This document shows, piece by piece, positions 8,646 through 17,436 of a DNA stretch of 64,000 nucleotides. The first letter of the stretch is position 1; the number at the start of each line of letters is the position of its first letter. The stretch is from an uncultured Pseudomonadales bacterium (GTDB lineage Bacteria; Patescibacteriota; Microgenomatia; UBA1400; MFAQ01), in assembly GCA_964357975.1 (NCBI GenBank), contig CAYHNG010000006.1, positions 487 through 64,486 on the forward strand, read 5' to 3'. The notes under the pieces were generated by a model. It was given only the letters and a program-made list of their open reading frames with translations, was not told the DNA's origin and ran no database searches. The position numbers were made by a program, and so were the translations under genes.

Positions 8646-9412
8646 TTATTGATATTTATTTTACGCTTGGTGGAGTGAGATTGCCGCGTCGGAGTACCTT
8701 CTCGCAATGACGAGGGAGTGGAGGGGGCATCCGACTTGATGGGGGGCTTGCCGTCGACATCCGAGACTATCTTACCCTTTTCCAGGTGAATGTTTCGATC
8801 CGGATTCAGACCGATAAGGGTGACGTCGTGAGTGGCAAGAATCACGGTGGTGCCGTCATCGTTTATCTTCTTGAGGAGGTCGAAAATTTCAATAGAGGTT
8901 TCTTTATCAAGATTCCCTGTAGGTTCATCGGCAAAAAGAATGGCCGGTTCACAAGCAATAGCTCGTGCAATAGCGGCTCGCTGAACCTCACCTCCGGAAA
9001 GTTGACCGGGAAATAAATCTTCTTTACCCGGAATTCCCACCATGTTCATGAGATGGGAGATTTTTTCCGATATTTTTTTACGATTGTAACCACCAATTTC
9101 GAGAGCGATGGAAATGTTCTCACCAACAGTTTTGTCCGGAATAATTTTGTAATCTTGAAAGACAAAACCAACTTTGCGTCTGATGAGGGGAATATTTTTG
9201 GGTTTGATTTGATTGAGGTCTTCACCATCGATAACAATTTTGCCTTTGGTTGGAAGTAGATCGCGAATGAGAAGACGGCCAAGCGTGGTTTTACCTGCTC
9301 CGGACTTGCCGGTGATGATCACAAATTCTCCGGGTGAAACGGAAAAGTTAATATCATTCAAAACGACATCACCATTAGGATAGGACTTGGTGACGTGAGA
9401 AAAATCTATCAA
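8642..9412 (-). CDS. ftsE: cell-division ABC ATPase FtsE (with atypical C-terminal tail encoded by a repeat element)
   Basis: Walker A GKSGAGKTT, signature LSGGEVQRAAIARA, Walker B ILFADEPT, H-loop ATHD. The last roughly 35 aa (DGKPPIKSDAPSTPSSLREGTPTRQSHSTKRKININK) are low-complexity and overlap repeat copy A. Confidence 0.85.
   Translation of the reverse strand: MIDFSHVTKSYPNGDVVLNDINFSVSPGEFVIITGKSGAGKTTLGRLLIRDLLPTKGKIVIDGEDLNQIKPKNIPLIRRKVGFVFQDYKIIPDKTVGENISIALEIGGYNRKKISEKISHLMNMVGIPGKEDLFPGQLSGGEVQRAAIARAIACEPAILFADEPTGNLDKETSIEIFDLLKKINDDGTTVILATHDVTLIGLNPDRNIHLEKGKIVSDVDGKPPIKSDAPSTPSSLREGTPTRQSHSTKRKININK
8671..8714. repeat. short dispersed repeat, copy A (inside the 3' end of ftsE)
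   Basis: TGGAGTGAGATTGCCGCGTCGGAGTACCTTCTCGCAATGACGAG matches copy B (9453-9499) over about 35 of 45 positions. Shared blocks are TGGAGTGAGATTGCC, GAGTAC and CTCGCAATGACGA. Confidence 0.5.
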
Positions 9413-9452
9413 TTTTGTATCGTCATCTAATTATTAATTATCGTTGGCTGTG

Positions 9453-9499
9453 TGGAGTGAGATTGCCACGGTTCGAGTACGAAACTCGCAATGACGAAG
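9453..9499. repeat. short dispersed repeat, copy B (intergenic, upstream of ftsE)
   Basis: TGGAGTGAGATTGCCACGGTTCGAGTACGAAACTCGCAATGACGAAG, with an internal hairpin CGAGT-ACGAAA-ACTCG. Confidence 0.5.
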
Positions 9500-9503
9500 A
9501 TTG

Positions 9504-10049
9504 TTATTTTGGTAACGGCATGTTCAGGTTTTCGACTTTGACGCGTCCGACATCCATAAGCCAGCCGGCCTTTTGACCTTTGAAGGTTTCTCCCCAAACA
9601 GTAATTTGATCGCCAATTAAAGTATCGAGATCGATAACAGAACTAGTCATGTAAACTGTTTGAGACGACCCACCCGGTCGAACCAGTTTGTGAGTGCCCT
9701 CGCCATTGAGACCACCTTTATCAAGGACACCGGTGGCGGTGGTATTGAAAGCCCTTTCGTCCGGAGAGCCATAGATATCACCAATCTTGACACCAGCCTC
9801 AGGTATTTCGGCCCGGATGTTCTTTAAATCCCCGGAGGTGCCGCCGGCGGACTTACCGCCGAGTGAAGTTTTGAGTAGAGCACCGGTATAGAATCCGGCG
9901 ACAGCAACGATAACAAAAGTGAGAGCAATTATAATATTTTGTTTGGAGGTCATGGTCTGGTTAATTATTTTTGGCTGGTATTCTTGAGGATCGGCTACTC
10001 TGGGGGTAACCGGGTCCATCTTGTCGAGATCGATCGTCTTTAATTCCAT
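9504..10049 (-). CDS. hypothetical membrane-anchored protein (181 aa)
   Basis: One TM helix around residues 40-60 and a Gly-rich extracytoplasmic domain. No motif recognised. Confidence 0.5.
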   Translation of the reverse strand: MELKTIDLDKMDPVTPRVADPQEYQPKIINQTMTSKQNIIIALTFVIVAVAGFYTGALLKTSLGGKSAGGTSGDLKNIRAEIPEAGVKIGDIYGSPDERAFNTTATGVLDKGGLNGEGTHKLVRPGGSSQTVYMTSSVIDLDTLIGDQITVWGETFKGQKAGWLMDVGRVKVENLNMPLPK

Positions 10050-10104
10050 TACTTATCTTATCAAATTAATTGGGACTTATTAATATAGATCACCAGAGTG
10101 TAAA

Positions 10105-11205
10105 TTATTTCGAACTAAAGTGTTTCAGTTCGGATTCGATAAAACCATCCAGGTTACCATCCAAAACCGAGTCCGGATTGGTTTCTTCGTATTCGGTCCG
10201 TAAATCCTTGACCAACTTGTAAGGATGAAGAACATAAGAACGAATCTGGTGCCCCCAACTGGCAATGGTGGCGCTACCCTTGATCTTGTTCAGCTCATCC
10301 TGACGTTTGGCTTCCTGAATTTCCCACAGCTTGGACCTTAGAATTTGCATCGCGATCTTTCGGTTGGCATCTTGGTAGCGCTGAGTTTGACATTCTACGA
10401 CTATCCCTGAGGGAAGATGTTTGATGCGAACGGCAGTACTGACTTTATTAACGTTTTGTCCACCGGCACCACTGGAACGACTGGCTTCAAACTCGATATC
10501 TTCATCACGGATCTCGACTTCGGCTTCTTCGGGTAACAATGGAGTAATATCAACTCCGGCAAAGGAAGTTTGACGGAGTTTATCGGCATTAAAAGGAGAT
10601 TGTCGCACTAAACGATGCGTCCCCTTTTCGTTTTTTAAATATCCATAGGCAAAGCGGCCATGAACAATGTAGGTCACCGATTTGATACCGGCTTCTTCTC
10701 CGGGAGAATATTCGATAGTTTCGTAAATCCACCCTCGTTTTTCAAAAAAACGAGTATACATACGGCTAAGCATGCTGGCCCAATCCATGGCTTCGGTACC
10801 GCCTTGTCCCGCCTTGATCGAGAAAACTGCCTCCGAAGAATCATATGGTCCTGACAAAAAAGTCACCAGCTCGATCTTTTCGACACTACTCAACAATGTT
10901 TGGTAGAGAATTTTGATTTCTTGATCCAAACTTTCGTCTGCCGAGTCTTTGGACATTTCGAGGAGCTCCTCAAGATTACGGAGGTCCGTGTTTAGTTTTT
11001 CGGCGGTGGAGATGGTCTCTCTGATGTTAGCCATGCCGGACATAACCGACTTGGCATGGTCTTCATCAGACCAAAGCTCCGGTTGACCGGACTCCAAAGT
11101 TAATTTCTCCAACTCCACTTGCAACTCCGGTATGTTGAGTTTATTTACGATGTCGTTGGCGCGTTTCTTTAAGTCTGTCAGGTTAATTTGAGAATCTGAG
11201 ATCAT
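10105..11205 (-). CDS. prfB: peptide chain release factor 2
   Basis: 366 aa with SPF tripeptide (RQSPFNAD) and GGQ motif (SGAGGQNVN). The ORF is continuous, with no +1 frameshift site. Confidence 0.9.
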   Translation of the reverse strand: MISDSQINLTDLKKRANDIVNKLNIPELQVELEKLTLESGQPELWSDEDHAKSVMSGMANIRETISTAEKLNTDLRNLEELLEMSKDSADESLDQEIKILYQTLLSSVEKIELVTFLSGPYDSSEAVFSIKAGQGGTEAMDWASMLSRMYTRFFEKRGWIYETIEYSPGEEAGIKSVTYIVHGRFAYGYLKNEKGTHRLVRQSPFNADKLRQTSFAGVDITPLLPEEAEVEIRDEDIEFEASRSSGAGGQNVNKVSTAVRIKHLPSGIVVECQTQRYQDANRKIAMQILRSKLWEIQEAKRQDELNKIKGSATIASWGHQIRSYVLHPYKLVKDLRTEYEETNPDSVLDGNLDGFIESELKHFSSK

Positions 11206-11232
11206 GAAGATATTCTATCCTATGTACGGTGA

Positions 11233-11616
11233 CTAAATTTTGTAGCGGGCCATAACTCCCAGAAATCTCTGAGAGTGTTGGTTGTGAAAAAGCTGGCTTA
11301 AATCGGCACCACAGGTGAAGATATCTCCTCCACTATGTAAGTTCCGGAAGTCGGTGACATCGTAGCGCACACTATCGACAACAACGATGCACCTGCCGGC
11401 CAAAGGATTCGGGGTGACTACCGAGGTGGGTTTGGGAGTGGTGATGAGGATTTTGGTAGGCATGGGAGAACTTACCGAAGAAGAAGTAGGGATTGGACTA
11501 GGAGTGATAGTAGGAGTGAGAAGTGGAACCGGCTGAGCTTGGCCGGAAAAATAAACCAAAATACCGATCATCAGAAAAAAATTGAGCATGGCGACAATAA
11601 AAATATTTTTGACCAT
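11233..11616 (-). CDS. membrane-anchored cytochrome b5-like heme-binding domain protein
   Basis: N-terminal TM helix, Pro/Thr/Ser-rich linker, and a C-terminal YDVTDFRNLHSGGDIF...GADLSQLFHNQHS matching the cyt-b5 pattern YDVT.F..HPGG....G.D.T..F...HS. Confidence 0.55.
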   Translation of the reverse strand: MVKNIFIVAMLNFFLMIGILVYFSGQAQPVPLLTPTITPSPIPTSSSVSSPMPTKILITTPKPTSVVTPNPLAGRCIVVVDSVRYDVTDFRNLHSGGDIFTCGADLSQLFHNQHSQRFLGVMARYKI

Positions 11617-11618
11617 AG

Positions 11619-12899
11619 TTATTTGAAATTGAAATCTTCAAAAATAATATCTTGATTCCTGACTCCGACGGCCTTCAGTTGTAAGGTTAAAGAATTCATC
11701 ATGGAAATTGGCCCACAAAGCATGATCTTTTTGCCCACAACACCATCACAGAGTTCAATAAGTTTGTGAGCGTCTAGATGGCCACAAACGTCGGATGGAT
11801 ATCGATGGAAAGTGACGCCGGCTTTTTGTGATGAAAGAGTCTTTAATTCCTCATCAAAGACGGCTTCTTTTTCAGACCCTACACAGTAAAAAATGTCTAT
11901 TTGACGTGGTTTTTGATTTTTGATTTCAGCGGCCAACAGTGACAAAAAGGGAGTGACTCCGATACCACCGGCGACCCAGATGAGCGGCTTGTCACCCACT
12001 ACTCCTTCTCCAAACTTACCATAAGGCCCCCAGAGAACTACCCGGCTACCCGACTTGACCGAGTCGAACCGCCAGGTATAGTCTCCCAATATTTTTACGA
12101 CAATTCTTAATGACTCTTCGTCTGGACCACTAGCTAGGGAAAAGGGGTGGGCTTCACCGCTTATAGCTTCAAAACGAGTAAAGACAAATTGACCGGCTGT
12201 AAAATGAAGTTTCTTGTCTGACGGCACCATATCGATGTCGTACAAGTCGTTTATTTTGCGGATATTTTTGACTACATAGGTATATTTTGGGCCAAGATAC
12301 CGATATAAAAATCGACGGTATATGACAGAGTAACCAGCCACCAGCAAAAGAAAAATGAGCCAGAGTCGCAAAGGAAGAAAACGACTGACGTCACTGGTAA
12401 TCGTCAGAACATGTAAAGAAGCAAAGAGTAAAGCAAATCCCATGAATTCGTGAGTTTTTTTCCACAAAGAATAGGGAAGGTTGAGAAGGAGCGTAAAAAT
12501 AAGCATAAGCATCATGGCATAAAGGCTTAAAATGCCCCAGTTGTAAGGCGCAAAGTTAGAAAACCAAAGATAATTTCGACTAAAGTTAAGATCGGGCAAG
12601 ACATCCAAGATTAAAAGGAGTGGATGGTGAAGAAGAAAAACAAAAGCCAGACCACCAAAAAGATGGTGGTTTTTGTAGACTTTGTCCATCCCGCCGAACC
12701 AATCTTCCACGAATCTCCACCGTCCGGATAAAATAAAGGAGATGGCAAGCAACGTAGATCCCAGAAGGGAAACCATCTGACTGACTGTAAGCCAAGAAAG
12801 GTGCAACCCTCCCCCACCGAACTTTTTGGCCAATAGAAAAAGAAGGAGCGTAATAAACGGTTGGGACCAAGCTAAGGGAAGACCAATCTTGGATTTCAT
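11619..12899 (-). CDS. NOX/ferric-reductase-like flavocytochrome (TM heme domain + FAD + NAD(P)H-binding domains)
   Basis: 426 aa. N-terminal roughly 200 aa polytopic with conserved His residues. FAD motif HPFSLASGP, then GPYGKF and the NAD-binding motif VAGGIGVTPFLSLL. Confidence 0.75.
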   Translation of the reverse strand: MKSKIGLPLAWSQPFITLLLFLLAKKFGGGGLHLSWLTVSQMVSLLGSTLLAISFILSGRWRFVEDWFGGMDKVYKNHHLFGGLAFVFLLHHPLLLILDVLPDLNFSRNYLWFSNFAPYNWGILSLYAMMLMLIFTLLLNLPYSLWKKTHEFMGFALLFASLHVLTITSDVSRFLPLRLWLIFLLLVAGYSVIYRRFLYRYLGPKYTYVVKNIRKINDLYDIDMVPSDKKLHFTAGQFVFTRFEAISGEAHPFSLASGPDEESLRIVVKILGDYTWRFDSVKSGSRVVLWGPYGKFGEGVVGDKPLIWVAGGIGVTPFLSLLAAEIKNQKPRQIDIFYCVGSEKEAVFDEELKTLSSQKAGVTFHRYPSDVCGHLDAHKLIELCDGVVGKKIMLCGPISMMNSLTLQLKAVGVRNQDIIFEDFNFK

Positions 12900-12902
12900 T
12901 TT

Positions 12903-13160
12903 TTATTTATCTAAGAGTTCGTCGGCCTCGTCATCTTCGATTTCTCCTGTACGAACCGGAGCAACTCTCCGAGTAGTGATAACGGGGTTGGGTGAAAGAA
13001 CGTCTGTGGAAGTGGGTATCAAAGTCGAAGTCGGGGTAGGAAGAATCGCCGGCTCGGATAAAACTACCGGTGGCGTTGTCTTTGGAATCAGTTTAAAAAC
13101 CGCCGTCACCGTGATAAGAACCGAAGCAACAATAACCAGCCAAGTAATTATTTTCTCCAC
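12903..13160 (-). CDS. small membrane protein (85 aa), Pro/Thr-rich
   Basis: ORF immediately upstream of the NOX-like gene on the same strand. One TM helix and an acidic C-terminus. Confidence 0.4.
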   Translation of the reverse strand: MEKIITWLVIVASVLITVTAVFKLIPKTTPPVVLSEPAILPTPTSTLIPTSTDVLSPNPVITTRRVAPVRTGEIEDDEADELLDK

Positions 13161-13193
13161 CTCTTTATTCTACCGTAATGCTAAAATGAATCA

Positions 13194-14222
13194 ATGAAGT
13201 TGCTGAAACGTTTTTGGTGGATTATTCTACTTGGCCTTTTGGCAGGTGGTAGTTTTATGTGGTGGAGAAACTCAAAAGCCAAAGAAATAAAATTAAATAC
13301 ATATCAAGTTAATAGACAAGACTTAATTGAAACATTGTCTCTGTCTGGTGAAATTGATGCTTTTGAAAAAGCTGATTTAAAGTTCCAAACATCAGGGTTA
13401 CTAACCTGGGTGGGAGTCAAGGAAGGCGACTATGTTCGGAAATATCAAGCTCTAGCGTCGCTGGACAAACGGGAGCTGACTAATAGCCTCAACCAATACA
13501 TGAATGCATATTTGAAGGAAAGGTGGGATTTTGAGCAAGGAGTGGACGACAATAAAGATTGGCAAACAAGGGGGATGACGGATGCGGCTAGGGACGCGGT
13601 CAAAAGAACTTTAGATAAAAATCAATATGATTTGAATAATGCGGTCTTGTCTTTTGAAGCTAAGAACTTGGCGGTAAAATTTGCCACTTTAACAGCCCCT
13701 TTTGAGGGAATAATAACTGAAATTGATGTCCCTCAACCGGGTTCAAATATTACTCCGGCAAGTGCTACCTTCAGTATTATCAATCCAAAGACATTGTATT
13801 TTTCCGCTACAGCTGACCAAACAGAAGTTACTTCTTTTAAGGAGGGAATGACCGGTAAGGTAACCCTTGACTCCTTTCCCGATGACACCTTTGACGCAGT
13901 AGTAGACAAAATTGGATTTATTCCTAAAGTTGGCGAGTCCGGTACCGTCTACGAATTGACTATTTCTATCGATATAAGCAAAGTGGTTGAAAAAGTAAAA
14001 ATGGCCATGACTGGGGATGTGGATTTTGTTTTAAAGGAGATAAAAGCCGTGTTGGCCATTCCTGAAGCGTATATTAAAAAACAAGACAACAAATTCTACG
14101 TTACCAAGACTGAAAACGGGATGCAAAAAGAGGTGGAGGTGACTAAAGGAGACACGATCGAAGGGATGGTGGAAATAAAGGAAGGACTAAATGAAAACGA
14201 CATCATCTATCATCAGCCTTAA
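13194..14222 (+). CDS. HlyD/MacA-family periplasmic adaptor (membrane fusion protein)
   Basis: 342 aa with an N-terminal TM anchor, coiled-coil and beta-barrel MFP-like regions. First gene of an adaptor-ATPase-permease operon. Confidence 0.7.
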   Translation: MKLLKRFWWIILLGLLAGGSFMWWRNSKAKEIKLNTYQVNRQDLIETLSLSGEIDAFEKADLKFQTSGLLTWVGVKEGDYVRKYQALASLDKRELTNSLNQYMNAYLKERWDFEQGVDDNKDWQTRGMTDAARDAVKRTLDKNQYDLNNAVLSFEAKNLAVKFATLTAPFEGIITEIDVPQPGSNITPASATFSIINPKTLYFSATADQTEVTSFKEGMTGKVTLDSFPDDTFDAVVDKIGFIPKVGESGTVYELTISIDISKVVEKVKMAMTGDVDFVLKEIKAVLAIPEAYIKKQDNKFYVTKTENGMQKEVEVTKGDTIEGMVEIKEGLNENDIIYHQP

Positions 14223-14889
14223 AGATGTATTCAAGGAATACATACTGGGAGACGAATCGGTATTCACGGCTCTTAGAAAGATAAATCTTGATATTTGTGA
14301 AGGGGAGTTTTCTTCTATTATTGGACCTTCAGGATCCGGAAAATCTACCTTGATGCATATGATTGGGCTACTCGATAAACCGAGTCGAGGGGAAATAATC
14401 GTCAATGGCAGAGATGTGGCTAAGCTGGATGATACTCAAACATCAGTGCTAAGAAATTCTTACGTTGGTTTTGTATTTCAACAGTTCAATTTATTGAACA
14501 AGCTTACCGTCAAAGAAAATATTTTATTGCCGGCTTCTTACAGCCAGAAGAAGTTCGATTATGACCCGGAGGAGAGAGCGGATATGCTGATGGAAAAGTT
14601 TGGGATTCTTTCCAAAAAAGAGTCGTTCCCAAATAAAATTTCCGGTGGACAGCAACAGAGAGTGGCGGTGGCCAGGTCTCTAATTATGAAACCCCAATTG
14701 ATACTGGCCGATGAGCCGACGGGAAACCTGGATCACAAAACAGGAAATGAAATAATCGATCTATTTGAGTCTCTGAATGATTCTGAGGGCATTACTATTG
14801 TGATGGTAACCCATGAAATGGAATTGGCGGAAAGAACGAGAAGACAGATAAAAGTTTTTGATGGAGAAATAATCAGCGATAAACAATGA
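14191..14889 (+). CDS. ABC transporter ATP-binding protein, MacB/LolD family
   Basis: Walker [10 protein letters not shown], signature [14 protein letters not shown], Walker B LILADEPT, H-loop VTHE. Confidence 0.85.
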   Translation: MKTTSSIISLKDVFKEYILGDESVFTALRKINLDICEGEFSSIIGPSGSGKSTLMHMIGLLDKPSRGEIIVNGRDVAKLDDTQTSVLRNSYVGFVFQQFNLLNKLTVKENILLPASYSQKKFDYDPEERADMLMEKFGILSKKESFPNKISGGQQQRVAVARSLIMKPQLILADEPTGNLDHKTGNEIIDLFESLNDSEGITIVMVTHEMELAERTRRQIKVFDGEIISDKQ

Positions 14890-16085
14890 TAGTACTCAGA
14901 GGATTTAATCAACTATTAATATCAGCGTTTGCCGACTTTAAACGCGATAAGGTCAGAACGGGTCTGACCTCACTCGGGATAATGATTGGAGTATTGTCAG
15001 TGGTGCTACTCATAGCACTTGGTCTTGGGCTTAAGAATTACATTCGTGATCAGTTTGAAAGTCTGGGCGCGAACTTGGTAATGATTCTGCCCGGTGCCGG
15101 GTTTTCCGGGGGCGGTAACCCCGCGAGTCTGACCGGGGGAGCAGAATTCGACGAAAAAGATGTATCCAGTATTAAAAAACTGTCTAACATTAAATACGTG
15201 GTTCCGGTATTCATCCAATCATCCACAGTGAGCTCTGCAAACGAAGAGAAGAAGGTTAGCGTCATGGGGGCAAATGAAGACATGTTCTCTTTGCTAAATG
15301 TGAAAGTTCAGGCCGGCGAACTATGGACAAAGTCTGACGTGGATAAAAAAACAAAAGTGGCTGTTTTGGGATACACAGTTGCCGAGAATCTTTTCAAATA
15401 CCCAAGTGAGGCTCTAGGAAAAACAATCCGAATTGAAGGACTTAGGTTAAAAGTTGTTGGAGTAGCCAAAAAAATTGGTAACCAAGAACGTGATGAGGCG
15501 GCTTTTGTTCCCTACACCACCACCTTTGGCTCCATAAACACTAAAAAAACATTCTTTGCTATTTATTTGGGGATCGCTAGTCAAGACCTTGTAAGTGACG
15601 TTAAGACAAACGTAGAGAAAACGCTTTTAAGACGATATGACAAAGATAAGTTTTCGGTCACTGAACAATCGGAGATCCTATCTTCAATTAATCAAATCTT
15701 TGCCATATTGAACTTGTTTTTGATTGCCATTGGATCTATTTCACTTATTGTAGGAGGAGTAGGAATTATGAATATCATGTACGCTACAGTGACGGAGCGA
15801 ACCAGAGAAGTGGGCATCCGGAGAGCTTTGGGGGCTACCAGAAAGGATATTTTGCTCCACTTCCTGACAGAATCTACCATGTTATCTCTTTTTGGTGGAA
15901 TTATTGGGCTCATACTTGCGACCATAATTGTACTGTTGATACGAAACTGGTTCCCGGTAGCGATAAATATCTTTGCTGTAGTTCTAGCCATAGGGGTTTC
16001 GAGCGCAATTGGGATTTTCTTTGGCGTTTTTCCGGCAAAGAAGGCGGCCGACCTCTCCCCGATGGAGGCAATCAGATATGAGTAG
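14886..16085 (+). CDS. ABC transporter permease, MacB/FtsX-like (4 TM + periplasmic domain)
   Basis: 399 aa with a MacB_PCD-like periplasmic domain and a C-terminal FtsX 3-TM bundle. 4-nt overlap with the ATPase. Confidence 0.8.
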   Translation: MIVLRGFNQLLISAFADFKRDKVRTGLTSLGIMIGVLSVVLLIALGLGLKNYIRDQFESLGANLVMILPGAGFSGGGNPASLTGGAEFDEKDVSSIKKLSNIKYVVPVFIQSSTVSSANEEKKVSVMGANEDMFSLLNVKVQAGELWTKSDVDKKTKVAVLGYTVAENLFKYPSEALGKTIRIEGLRLKVVGVAKKIGNQERDEAAFVPYTTTFGSINTKKTFFAIYLGIASQDLVSDVKTNVEKTLLRRYDKDKFSVTEQSEILSSINQIFAILNLFLIAIGSISLIVGGVGIMNIMYATVTERTREVGIRRALGATRKDILLHFLTESTMLSLFGGIIGLILATIIVLLIRNWFPVAINIFAVVLAIGVSSAIGIFFGVFPAKKAADLSPMEAIRYE

Positions 16086-16100
16086 TGATAGAATCTGCTG

Positions 16101-16589
16101 GTGAAAGAAAGCTCGGAAAAAAGATACAACTTTGATAAATCGAGAATAGACCATTTGGAATCTGATATTGGCATAACGTATGAGGTGTTCTTTCCTGACA
16201 AACCAAAAGATAGACTGCCCTACGATAATGGCTTTTGTAGATTTACCCCAGTAGGGTACTTGAGAACTAAAGGGGGGTGGTTTCCGCTTGGTTACAAAGT
16301 AGTGACCACGGAACTAAAGTCACTAGGACTAAGGAAAAATCCGACGATTATGGAGTTTCCGGTAGGAGAATGGATATTTGAGACAAATAAAATCCAGTGT
16401 GGCGACAAAGACTGGGGAGGTATTTGGTCTGCACTAAGAAAGGGAAGTATTAAAACACTAAAACAACACTGCCAAGATACTTGGGACATGGAAACACGTG
16501 GATTCTTGGTGGCGATTTGGAATCCAGTTTTTGCCAACAGCTACCGAATCAAGTCGCAAGGGGTGATGCTTCTTAATGAGATTGCTTAG
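16101..16589 (+). CDS. hypothetical protein (162 aa)
   Basis: ORF following the efflux operon. No motif recognised. Confidence 0.45.
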   Translation: MKESSEKRYNFDKSRIDHLESDIGITYEVFFPDKPKDRLPYDNGFCRFTPVGYLRTKGGWFPLGYKVVTTELKSLGLRKNPTIMEFPVGEWIFETNKIQCGDKDWGGIWSALRKGSIKTLKQHCQDTWDMETRGFLVAIWNPVFANSYRIKSQGVMLLNEIA

Positions 16590-17436
16590 TCTGGATCAGC
16601 CCTCTCACTAGAGTGATGTTGACGAGGTTGGGACCTTGTTTTTTGTCACCCGGGACTTCGAGAATAAGCGGGAGAAGGGAAAACTCTTTTTGGTTTACCA
16701 GCGACTTAAGACCTTCGAGACCAATTTGGCCGTCTCCGATATTGGCATGCAGATCGCGGTGGGACCCGAGATCGGAGGCGCAATCGTTGAGATGAAGACA
16801 TACCAACTTGTTTAATATATTAAAGTGTTTCAAATCAGCAATGAGATTCTTGACGACACTCTCTTGCCGCAGATCGACACCACCGGCGAATAAGTGAGCC
16901 GTATCCAAACAAATCTTCAAACGAGGATCCGGGACTTTATCTATTAAATACGAAAGTTCGGCAAGCGAACCAATCTTACCGTTTTGACCGGCGGCATTCT
17001 CCAAGATAAGATCGCACCCTTCCGTTTGCGCCAAGACTCTCTTGAGGACTGCTACCAACTGATCTTTGACCGAGTCAAAGCCTGCTCCCAAATGTGAACC
17101 GATATGAATAATGACCCCAGCCGCATGAATGCGAGCACCGTTTTGGATATCGATCACTAGAGAAGTGATGGATTTTTCGAGTAAATCGTTATTGGGAGAG
17201 GCTAGGTTGACCAGATATAACGCGTGTATGAAGACAGGTCCGAGATTATGTTCTTCAATCCCAGACAAGAAAGTGATAACTTCAGCTTCGGAAAATGGTT
17301 TGCGGAACCAAAGGCGTGGGGAACCGGCAAATATTTGCAGGCAGTTTCCCCCAATTTTCCGGGTGTTCGCAATTGCATTGGGTAGCCCACCGGAAATTGA
17401 AACATGACCTCCGACGTAACGCGTATTAGTTTTCAA
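16573..17436 (-). CDS. nfo: endonuclease IV (AP endonuclease family 2)
   Basis: RYVGGHVSISGGL, HAPYLVNLA and HLNDC motifs of the Nfo TIM barrel. The ATG-based ORF extends to 17481 and would overlap the PPIase gene by 56 nt. A TTG at 17434-17436 gives MKTNTRYVGGHVS, close to E. coli MKYIGAHVS, so that start is preferred. Confidence 0.8.
   Translation of the reverse strand: MKTNTRYVGGHVSISGGLPNAIANTRKIGGNCLQIFAGSPRLWFRKPFSEAEVITFLSGIEEHNLGPVFIHALYLVNLASPNNDLLEKSITSLVIDIQNGARIHAAGVIIHIGSHLGAGFDSVKDQLVAVLKRVLAQTEGCDLILENAAGQNGKIGSLAELSYLIDKVPDPRLKICLDTAHLFAGGVDLRQESVVKNLIADLKHFNILNKLVCLHLNDCASDLGSHRDLHANIGDGQIGLEGLKSLVNQKEFSLLPLILEVPGDKKQGPNLVNITLVRGLIQTKQSH

Noticed and set aside
10105-11205. 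Programmed +1 frameshift in prfB
   Set aside because: The RF2 ORF is continuous from Met1 through the GGQ and C-terminal regions; no internal UGA or shifty CUU-UGA site is needed.
12586-12870. Antisense and embedded ORFs within the NOX-like gene, and similar embedded ORFs elsewhere (e.g. 21884-22284, 23466-24013, 25586-26471, 33161-33682)
   Set aside because: All are fully contained in longer ORFs that carry clear conserved catalytic motifs on the other strand or frame. They show low-complexity translations and no start signals.
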